Source: Anaerolineae bacterium (GTDB lineage: Bacteria; Chloroflexota; Anaerolineae; CG2-30-64-16). Taken from it: a stretch of DNA of 64,000 nucleotides. Shown piece after piece: positions 10,501-18,109 of the stretch. How positions within the stretch are numbered: position 1 is the stretch's first letter; each line of letters begins with the position of its first letter. The DNA lies in NCBI GenBank assembly GCA_034434235.1, contig DAOTZV010000182.1, forward strand, positions 10,713 through 74,712, given 5' to 3'. Under the pieces are notes generated by a model, which worked only from the letters and a program-made list of their open reading frames with translations, did no database searches and had not been told where the DNA came from. The translations under genes and the position numbers were made by a program.

Positions 10501-11295
10501 TCAATCACCGTGATAGACGAGCGTGATGCCGAGTTCCTGGCAGCGTTCCCGCACCTCATCGCCGATGCTCATGGCGATCATGATGCCCTCCACCTTGACG
10601 CCCGGATTCAACGCCTGTACGAAGGCCACTTTCTCGTGTAGCCGATCTATATCTTCCCACTCGCAGTAACTTTTCACTTCAAAGACCGAGATCTGACCAT
10701 CCTGAGCAAGGATATCTATCTCGAATCGCCGTTGCCCCGGGAGGCCAACCACGCCCTTTTCGTCCACCATTCTCTGGCGCAGCCGAAGCTGATCGGGCTT
10801 GATGTCGGGCCGACGCAAGGCGACCCGCAACGCGCCGGCCACCACATCCTCCAGCCGGCGGCCCGAACGCCGCTGCAACCCTCCGACAACGCCCTCAACC
10901 CAATCGCGCAGATCGCTCATTTCTTGTTGCAGGCCTTCGAGGCGCCGATCCACCTCTTCGAAGCGCTGATCTACATGCTCGAAGCGCCGATCAATCTCTT
11001 CGAAGCGCCGGTCGATCTGCTCGAAGCGCCGATCAATCTCTTCGAAGCGCCGGTCGATCTGCTCGAAGCGTTGGTCGATCTGCTCGAAGCGTTGATCTGT
11101 CTTGGCGCTGAAGCGTCTGAATTCGCCGCGAAACTCCCGCATTTCCGCAAGGATCGCCGCCGTCTCTTCTTTGGTGGTGAAAACCCGCAGAAAAGCACGG
11201 AACGCGCGACGTTCCAGATCGGGGTCGCGTTCGATCATCTCCGGAAGCTGCTCTTCCAGAATATGCAAGACTTCTTCATCCTTCAATTTCAACAT
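10501..11295 (-). CDS. Coiled-coil protein: eight tandem heptad repeats (D-x-R-F-E-x-I) in the middle and a C-terminal PD-(D/E)xK-nuclease-like core (EIDIL...VFEVK)
   Basis: Translation reads DQRFEQI DQRFEQI DRRFEEI DRRFEQI DRRFEEI DRRFEHV DQRFEEV DRRLEGL. C-terminal RRFEIDILAQDGQISVFEVKSY fits the D...ExK nuclease motif. A hairpin plus T-tract terminator follows downstream. Confidence 0.6.
   Translation of the reverse strand: MLKLKDEEVLHILEEQLPEMIERDPDLERRAFRAFLRVFTTKEETAAILAEMREFRGEFRRFSAKTDQRFEQIDQRFEQIDRRFEEIDRRFEQIDRRFEEIDRRFEHVDQRFEEVDRRLEGLQQEMSDLRDWVEGVVGGLQRRSGRRLEDVVAGALRVALRRPDIKPDQLRLRQRMVDEKGVVGLPGQRRFEIDILAQDGQISVFEVKSYCEWEDIDRLHEKVAFVQALNPGVKVEGIMIAMSIGDEVRERCQELGITLVYHGD
10936..11096. 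repeat. Near-perfect 21-nt tandem repeat (~8 units, including an exact 42-bp duplication) inside the CDS above
   Basis: GAAGCGCCGATCAATCTCTTC and GAAGCGCCGGTCGATCTGCTC alternate. 10981-11022 is identical to 11023-11064. Confidence 0.85.
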
Positions 11296-11537
11296 CGTCT
11301 ACCTGCCGATCAATCGTATCGCAACCGCTCCGGTTCATGGGTCTCAACCAGCTTGGCTATTGCAAAGTATAACATAAAGCCCCCCTGCTTGCAAGTGCTT
11401 TTTTGCGTCTGGCCGGGTGCTCCAGCGCCGGAGCGGCCGGCCAGCGTTCCTGGCCGGCTTTCAGCCTGCTTCAGGGAACACCGAACGGTAGCACGGACAT
11501 GTCATGGCCGTGCGCTGCTGCTTGAAAGCCGATCGGG

Positions 11538-12131
11538 TCAAGGCTTTGCCAGCCGGCCGTCCAGGCCCAGCTCGGCCGCGATCCCCTTCATCGCCTCCAG
11601 CACGATCCCGACGTGCTCCCAGATGTCCAGGCCCAGCTCCCGCGCGCCCTGTTCGATGTCGGCCCGATTGACCGCGGCCGCGAAGAGCTTGTCCTTCCAT
11701 TTCTTTTTGACCGAGCTGACCTCGACATCGCGGATGTCCTTGCTCGGCCGGACATAGGCCACGGCCATGATCAACCCGGTTAGTTCGTCGGAGGCGTAGA
11801 GGGCCGAATCCATGCGGGTCGTGCGCGGCACGCCCAGGAAAGGCGCGTGCCCCTCTACCGCGTGGATCAGCTCGGCCGGCAATCCCATCTCGCGGAACAG
11901 CCGCAGCGCGGTGCGCGGGTGGCCGTTCACCGGATCGTCCATGTCGGGATACCGCTCGAAGTCCAGGTCGTGGATGAGGCCGGTAATGCCCCACAGCTCC
12001 TCATCCTCGCCGAAGCGCCGTGCATAGCCGCGCATGGCCGCTTCGACTGCCAGCACATGCTTGCGTAAGCTTTCGCTCTGAATCCACTCGCAAACCAAAT
12101 CCCAGGCTTGTTCACGCGTTAATAGTGTCAT
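11538..12131 (-). CDS. HD-domain metal-dependent phosphohydrolase
   Basis: H...HD motif (GLIHDLDFERY), size ~197 aa, GGGAG RBS. Confidence 0.75.
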   Translation of the reverse strand: MTLLTREQAWDLVCEWIQSESLRKHVLAVEAAMRGYARRFGEDEELWGITGLIHDLDFERYPDMDDPVNGHPRTALRLFREMGLPAELIHAVEGHAPFLGVPRTTRMDSALYASDELTGLIMAVAYVRPSKDIRDVEVSSVKKKWKDKLFAAAVNRADIEQGARELGLDIWEHVGIVLEAMKGIAAELGLDGRLAKP

Positions 12132-12465
12132 AATGGCTCCCGATCTCCGACATGCCGGGCACTTACTGACGCGCCCGGCACGTGATGGCTACAATCCCAT
12201 GTTCTCTTTTGCCCCCAGCACCGGTTTGGGCCGGGCGATCTTGACATCCCACCAGGCGCGCAGCGAGGCAATCGCCTCGCGCAACTGGTAGTATGGATTG
12301 CTCAGATACAGACGGCGGTCGGCCGATAGCCCGACGCTCTCCACGCCCAGGTTGTGGCAGGTAAAAAGCGCCCGCGGCAAGCGGCGCCCACGACCAATGC
12401 GCCGCTGAAAAGCACACCGCCAGGCACCCATCGCGCGGCGGCCGTCCTGGTCTGGTGTGGGCTCT

Positions 12466-13176
12466 TCATGATAACGCCTCGGCCTGCAGGCGCAACAGGT
12501 CTCCGATGCCGCCCGCGGCCAGATCGAGGAGGCGATTCAGCATCGCCCGGTCGAACGGCTTGTGCTCGGCCGTACCCTGCAATTCGACATAACGGCCATC
12601 GCGGTTCATCACCACATTCAGGTCCACTTCGGCGCGCAGGTCTTCCTCGTAACACAGGTCGAGCAGCGGCTCGCCGTCCACCACCCCCACGCTGACGGCC
12701 GCTACCGGCGCCAGAAACACCTCCGGGGGCACATAGCCGCCTGCAACCAGCTTGCGCAACGCCAGCGCCAACGCCACGTAGCCGCCGGTGATCGCGGCCG
12801 TGCGCGTCCCGCCATCGGCCTGGAGCACGTCGCAATCCACGATGATCTGGCGCCTGCCCAGCAGCTTCAGGTCCACGGCCGCGCGCAGGCTGCGGCCGAT
12901 CAGCCGACGGATCTCCTGGGTGCGCGGCTGGGGCGTCGTCTCCCGCGGGGTGCGCACCAGGGTGCTGCGCGGCAACATCGCATATTCGGCGGTGACCCAC
13001 CCGCCCTCCTCGTGATTGCGCAACATCCAGGGCGGAAGCTGCTCGTCTATCGTGGCGTTGCACAACACCACCGTATTGCCCTGGGTCACCAGCGCCGAGC
13101 CCTCGGCCCACCTGGTATAACCGATCTCCAGCCTCACCGGCCGCAACTGGTCGCTGCGCCGTCCATCGTCGCGCAT
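12466..13176 (-). CDS. rph: Ribonuclease PH
   Basis: MRDDGRRSDQLRPV... TAEYAMLPRST ... GTRTAAITGGYVAL. The ORF is trimmed to the internal Met, which has a GGGAG RBS. Confidence 0.9.
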   Translation of the reverse strand: MRDDGRRSDQLRPVRLEIGYTRWAEGSALVTQGNTVVLCNATIDEQLPPWMLRNHEEGGWVTAEYAMLPRSTLVRTPRETTPQPRTQEIRRLIGRSLRAAVDLKLLGRRQIIVDCDVLQADGGTRTAAITGGYVALALALRKLVAGGYVPPEVFLAPVAAVSVGVVDGEPLLDLCYEEDLRAEVDLNVVMNRDGRYVELQGTAEHKPFDRAMLNRLLDLAAGGIGDLLRLQAEALS

Positions 13177-13211
13177 AAGTCTCTCCCTGTATGCGTTCGC
13201 GGACAATACGC

Positions 13212-13261
13212 CCATCCACCGTAAGACGAAATTCAAATTCATTTCGTCTTACGGTGGATGG
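13212..13261. terminator. Perfect 21-bp-stem hairpin between the arabinofuranosidase 3' end and the rph start
   Basis: CCATCCACCGTAAGACGAAAT-tcaaattc-ATTTCGTCTTACGGTGGATGG. No obvious U-tract follows. Confidence 0.45.
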
Positions 13262-13265
13262 CACG

Positions 13266-14753
13266 TCACCCCAACCGAAACGTGAACGCGGCCACCGACA
13301 GCGGCGGCAGCTCGCAACTGGCCTTGCCGTTGGCGATGCGCACGTCGGCGAACGGCCGCGCGACCACCAGGTCGGGCTGCTCGAAGCTGTTGGCGGCCTG
13401 GGCGTCCGGCCCGGTGAGCAGCTCGGCGCTGTCCAGGCGAGCGATGTCGCGGTCGGCCAGATGCACCTGGACGACGGCCGGCGCATCGGTGGATCGGTTG
13501 GTGGCGAAGACGTGCACCACGCCCTGGCCCAGGATCGCGCTGGCATCCACGAAGGTCACGCGGCCGTTCGTCTTGCCTTCGTATTCCGGCCCCTGCACCA
13601 CCGTGCGCAAGGCGACGCCATCCCGACGTTTGGCGTACATCTCGAACGGATAGAAGATGGACTGGATCAACAGGTCATCGCCCCGCGTCAGGAGCGGCGC
13701 GATGACGTTGACGATCTGCGCGATGTTGGCGATCTTCACCACGTCGGCGTGGCGGATGAAGCTGTTCAGGAAGCCGGCCGCGACGAGCGCGTCCTCCAGG
13801 TTGTAGATTTCCTCGATGAGGTGCGGCGCAAACTGGCCCGCGCCGTCCATCTGCCGGTTCTTGTACCAGACGTTCCATTCGTCGAAGCACAGATAAAGCC
13901 GCTTTTTGCTTCGCCGCTTCGCCTGGACGAAACGACACGCGGCATCCATCTCCTCGATCTGGCGATCGATCGAGTTGGTGATCGCCAGATAGTCGGCCGT
14001 GTCGCCGTCGCGATTGCCCACGTAGCGGTGCAGGCTGATGTAGTCGGCGTAGTCGCCGATGTACTCCAGCACCTGGCGATCCCATTCCATATAGGTCGGC
14101 AGGCCGGTCGTGCACGAACCACAGACCACCGTTTCGATGCTCCTGTCCACGTCCTTCATCATCTTGGCGGCCTGCTGCGCGCGGATGGCATAGTGGTCGG
14201 CCGGCACGTGGCCGAGCTGCCAGGGGCCGTCCATCTCGTTGCCCAGGCACCACAACTTCACGCCGTGCGGCTCGGGGTGGCCGTTGGCCGCGCGCAGATC
14301 GGCGAACTTCGTGCCCGGCGGACAGTTGCAGTACTCTACCCAGTTGCGGGCCTCTTCGGGCGTGCCGGTGCCCAGGTTGACCGTGAGCATCGGGGTCCAG
14401 CCCATCCGCCGGCACAGCGTGATGAATTCGTCGGTGCCGAACTGGTTCGGCTCGATGCTCTGCCAGGCCAGCTCGCGCACCGCGGGCCGATTGGCCTTCG
14501 GCCCGACGCCGTCCAGCCAGTGATAGCCCGAGGCGAAGTTGCCGCCCGGATAGCGCATCGCAGTCATCCGCAGGCGTTTCAGGGCTTGCAGTACGTCCGT
14601 GCGAAAGCCGTCGGCATCCGCATGCTTCGACTGTGGATCGTAGACCCCCTCATACACCGCGCGGCCCATGTGCTCCAGAAAGCCGCCGAAGATGCGCGGG
14701 TCAACCGACCCGATCTGAAATGCAGTGTGAAGGATGATGTTCGTCTGGTTCAT
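13266..14753 (-). CDS. Alpha-L-arabinofuranosidase, GH51 family
   Basis: GH51 hallmarks: GGNFASGYHW, WCLGNEMDGPWQ, C-terminal beta-sandwich. Start MNQTNII has an AGGAG RBS. Confidence 0.85.
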   Translation of the reverse strand: MNQTNIILHTAFQIGSVDPRIFGGFLEHMGRAVYEGVYDPQSKHADADGFRTDVLQALKRLRMTAMRYPGGNFASGYHWLDGVGPKANRPAVRELAWQSIEPNQFGTDEFITLCRRMGWTPMLTVNLGTGTPEEARNWVEYCNCPPGTKFADLRAANGHPEPHGVKLWCLGNEMDGPWQLGHVPADHYAIRAQQAAKMMKDVDRSIETVVCGSCTTGLPTYMEWDRQVLEYIGDYADYISLHRYVGNRDGDTADYLAITNSIDRQIEEMDAACRFVQAKRRSKKRLYLCFDEWNVWYKNRQMDGAGQFAPHLIEEIYNLEDALVAAGFLNSFIRHADVVKIANIAQIVNVIAPLLTRGDDLLIQSIFYPFEMYAKRRDGVALRTVVQGPEYEGKTNGRVTFVDASAILGQGVVHVFATNRSTDAPAVVQVHLADRDIARLDSAELLTGPDAQAANSFEQPDLVVARPFADVRIANGKASCELPPLSVAAFTFRLG

Positions 14754-14888
14754 GAGAGGCTCCTGAATCTTGGAAAGGTCTGCAACCGTTTTGGGCATTG
14801 TAGCACCATCGCCCAGGCGAAGCAAACCCCTGAAAAATGCCTTTGCGAATTTGACGAAGGCCGCGATTTTGCACTACACTGTACTTTG

Positions 14889-14991
14889 TAGACTCAGTAG
14901 ATCACAGATTCAAGCTCAGAGGGGGTCTGTGACCCCCGACCGCCGGTCACAGACCGGCTTGGAGCAGCAAAATTGTGATCTACTGAGACTG
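14889..14991. repeat. ~100-bp MITE-like element with ~16-bp terminal inverted repeats and an internal 11-bp-stem palindrome
   Basis: TIRs AGACTCAGTAGATCAC and GTGATCTACTGAGACT. Internal palindrome GGTCTGTGACC-CCCGACCGCC-GGTCACAGACC. The core 14894-14967 recurs, inverted, at 45970-46043. Confidence 0.8.
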
Positions 14992-15019
14992 TTTACCCAC
15001 ACTTCAGGGAGGGACTTCT

Positions 15020-15364
15020 ATGGACATCGCGAAGCTGTTCAACACCGATTTTCCGGCCTGGCTGGAAGCCAACGCAGAGGCGGCCCGACGGGTGGGCGCG
15101 AAGTACATCTTCAACATCACCGGCGAAGGGGGCGGCCAGTGGTTCCTCGACCTCTCGCGCACCGGCCCCAAGATCGAGCCGGCGTCCGGTCAGCGCGCCG
15201 ACTGCACGATCACGGTGAGCGCGGCCGACTTCGAGAAGCTGTGGGCCAATCCTTACATCGGAGAGTCCATGTATTATGCCGGCAAGATCTGGATCTCGGG
15301 CGATGAGATGCTCGCCATGAGCCTGCAGAACGTCTTCGCGCGGGTCAAATCGGCGGCCGGTTAA
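15020..15364 (+). CDS. SCP2 sterol-carrier-like domain protein
   Basis: AGGGAGGGA RBS, 114 aa, SCP2-like pattern (FNITGEGGGQWFLDL...ITVSAADFEKLW...GKIWISGD). Confidence 0.65.
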   Translation: MDIAKLFNTDFPAWLEANAEAARRVGAKYIFNITGEGGGQWFLDLSRTGPKIEPASGQRADCTITVSAADFEKLWANPYIGESMYYAGKIWISGDEMLAMSLQNVFARVKSAAG

Positions 15365-15499
15365 GACCCGATGGTGTTGCGCAGCGGCGTTCGGCGGCCA
15401 CGCCAGCCCGCCGGAGGGCCGTTAGCTTGATGCCTATGGGCGCAGACCTCCTGCGAGCCAGAAGTGCGCAAGTCCGATCTTTGAACGGAGTGAAGCTCC

Positions 15500-17152
15500 A
15501 TGCCGCTACATCCTCTTGCCGGCCAGCCGGCTCCCCACGAATTGCGGATCAACGTGCCGCGGCTCGTCGCGGCCTATTATACCGACCGGCCAGACCCCCG
15601 GGAGCCGGCGAACCTGGTGGCGTTCGGCACATCGGGGCATCGCGGCACGTCGCTCGAATGCAGCTTCAACGAAGCCCACATCCTCGCCATCTCTCAAGCC
15701 ATCTGCGAGCTGCGCTGGGCGCAGGGGATCAGCGGGCCGCTCTTCATCGGCATGGACACCCATGCCCTCTCCGAGCCGGCCCTCTATACCGCGCTCGAAG
15801 TGTTCGCCGCCAACGGCGTCGAAGTGATGGTGCAAACCGGCCTGGGCTATACCCCCACGCCGGTGATCTCGCACGCCATCCTGAGCTACAACCGGGGCCG
15901 CTCGGCGCGGCTGGCCGACGGCGTGGTCATCACCCCGTCGCACAATCCGCCGGCCGACGGCGGCTTCAAGTACAATCCGCCGTCGGCCGGCCCGGCCGCG
16001 CCCGAAACCACCCGCCGCATCCAGGAGCGGGCCAACGAGCTCCTGCGCGCCGATCTGAAGGGCGTGAAGCGCATGCCGGTGGGTCGGGCGTTGCGGGCCG
16101 AGACGACCCACATGTACGACTACATCACGCCCTACGTCCGCGATCTGAGGAACGTGATCCGCCTGGATGCCATCGCAGCCGCCGGCCTGAAGATCGGCGC
16201 GGATCCGCTGGGCGGCTCGGGCGTGGCCTACTGGGGCCCGATCGCCGAGATGTACGGCCTGAACATCGAGGTGGTCAACCCGATGGTGGACCCCACTTTC
16301 TCCTTTATGACCGTGGATTGGGACGGCAAGATCCGCATGGATTGCTCGTCGCCCTACGCGATGGCCGGGCTGATCGGACTGAAGGATCGCTTCGACATCG
16401 CGTTCGGCAACGACACCGACTTCGACCGCCATGGCATCGTCACGCCCGGTGCCGGGTTGATGAACCCGAACCACTACCTGGCGGTGGCGGTCTGGTATCT
16501 CTTCCGCAATCGGCCCGGCTGGCGGCCCGACGCGGCCGTGGGCAAGACGCTCGTCTCCAGCTCGATGATCGACCGCGTGGCCGCGGCCGTCGGCCGTCCG
16601 CTGGCCGAAGTGCCGGTCGGCTTCAAGTGGTTCGTGGATGGCCTGCTGGACGGCTCCTTCGGCTTCGGCGGCGAGGAGAGCGCCGGCGCGTCCTTCCTGC
16701 GACTGGACGGCACGGCCTGGACGACCGACAAGGACGGCTTCATCATGGACCTGCTCGCGGCCGAGATCACGGCCGTGACGGGCAAGGATCCGGGCGAACA
16801 CTATCGGGATCTGGAGGCGCGGTTCGGCGCGGCGGTCTACGAACGCATAGATGCGCCGGCCAATGCGCGGCAGAAGGCGGTGTTGAGCAACCTCTCGCCG
16901 GCCCAGGTGAGCGCCACCGAGCTGGCCGGCGAGCCGATCCTGGCCAAGCTGACGCGCGCGCCCTTCAACGACGCGCCCATCGGCGGCCTGAAAGTGGTGA
17001 CCGCCAACGGCTGGTTCGCGGCCCGGCCCTCGGGCACTGAAAGCGTCTACAAGATCTACGCCGAAAGCTTCCGGGGCGTGGACCATCTGCGCCGCATCCA
17101 GGAAGAGGCGCAGGCGATCGTGGCCGCGGCGTTCCGCGAGGCCGGCGTGTGA
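15500..17152 (+). CDS. pgm: Phosphoglucomutase (alpha-D-glucose phosphate-specific)
   Basis: TSGHRG active-site serine loop, GMDTHA, overall alpha-D-phosphohexomutase architecture, ~550 aa. Confidence 0.9.
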   Translation: MPLHPLAGQPAPHELRINVPRLVAAYYTDRPDPREPANLVAFGTSGHRGTSLECSFNEAHILAISQAICELRWAQGISGPLFIGMDTHALSEPALYTALEVFAANGVEVMVQTGLGYTPTPVISHAILSYNRGRSARLADGVVITPSHNPPADGGFKYNPPSAGPAAPETTRRIQERANELLRADLKGVKRMPVGRALRAETTHMYDYITPYVRDLRNVIRLDAIAAAGLKIGADPLGGSGVAYWGPIAEMYGLNIEVVNPMVDPTFSFMTVDWDGKIRMDCSSPYAMAGLIGLKDRFDIAFGNDTDFDRHGIVTPGAGLMNPNHYLAVAVWYLFRNRPGWRPDAAVGKTLVSSSMIDRVAAAVGRPLAEVPVGFKWFVDGLLDGSFGFGGEESAGASFLRLDGTAWTTDKDGFIMDLLAAEITAVTGKDPGEHYRDLEARFGAAVYERIDAPANARQKAVLSNLSPAQVSATELAGEPILAKLTRAPFNDAPIGGLKVVTANGWFAARPSGTESVYKIYAESFRGVDHLRRIQEEAQAIVAAAFREAGV

Positions 17153-18054
17153 TGGACGGCTGGGTCTTCGACATTCAGCGCTTTTCGATCCACGACGGTC
17201 CCGGCATCCGCACGACCGTCTTCCTCCAGGGATGTAACCTGCGTTGCTTCTGGTGCCACAATCCGGAATCGCAGGATGCGGGGCCGGTCATTCAGTTTTT
17301 CCCCGATCGCTGCATCGCGTGCGGGTTGTGCGTCTCGACCTGTGCGCAGGCCGCGCAACTGCTCGTGGACGGCCGACGGGTCTACGTGCGCGATCTGTGT
17401 CGCATGTGCGGCGCGTGCGTGGATACCTGCTACGCGGGCGCGCTGATCATCAAGGCGAAGCGCCTGTCGGTGGCCGAAGTGCTGGCGGAAATCGAAAAGG
17501 ATCGGCTGTATTACGAGGATTCCGGCGGCGGCGTGACCTTCTCCGGCGGGGAGCCGACGCTGCAAAGCGACTTCCTGGCGGCCCTGTTGGCCGGCTGCAA
17601 GGAGCGCGGGTTGCATACCGCGGTGGACACCGCGTGTCACGTGCCGTGGGAAACGCTGGCCGCCCTGTTGCCGTACACCGATCTGTTCCTGGTGGACGTG
17701 AAGGCGTTCGACGAGGGGACGCATCGAGCGGGCACGGGGACGGGCAATCGGCGCATCCTGGACAACGTGCGCCGGCTCGCGGCCGCCGGCGCGACGATGT
17801 GGGTGCGCATCCCGGTCGTGCCCGGCTTCAATGCGAACGAGGAGGAGCTCGGCCGGATCGCCGACTTCCTGGCCGGCCTGGACCATGTGCCGCCCGTCGA
17901 GCTGTTGCCGTTCCACCACCTGGGCGGCGGCAAGTACGAGAGCCTGGGCCGCGCCTATCCGGCGCGCGATCTCAAGCCGCCTTCGGACGAAGCGATGGAG
18001 AGCTTTCGGCAACTGTTCGTCGGCCGGGGCATCCCGACGATCAGGGGAACTTGA
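17152..18054 (+). CDS. Glycyl-radical enzyme activating protein (radical SAM, with an extra ferredoxin-like clusters domain)
   Basis: CNLRCFWC radical-SAM CX3CX2C motif, plus CIACGLCVSTC...CRMCGACVDTC additional clusters. The start overlaps the pgm stop (GTGATG). Confidence 0.85.
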   Translation: MDGWVFDIQRFSIHDGPGIRTTVFLQGCNLRCFWCHNPESQDAGPVIQFFPDRCIACGLCVSTCAQAAQLLVDGRRVYVRDLCRMCGACVDTCYAGALIIKAKRLSVAEVLAEIEKDRLYYEDSGGGVTFSGGEPTLQSDFLAALLAGCKERGLHTAVDTACHVPWETLAALLPYTDLFLVDVKAFDEGTHRAGTGTGNRRILDNVRRLAAAGATMWVRIPVVPGFNANEEELGRIADFLAGLDHVPPVELLPFHHLGGGKYESLGRAYPARDLKPPSDEAMESFRQLFVGRGIPTIRGT

Positions 18055-18109
18055 GCTACAAGTATTGCGAAATTTATTTCGTAAGCAGAACGTGTGGAGG
18101 TCCGTGTCC

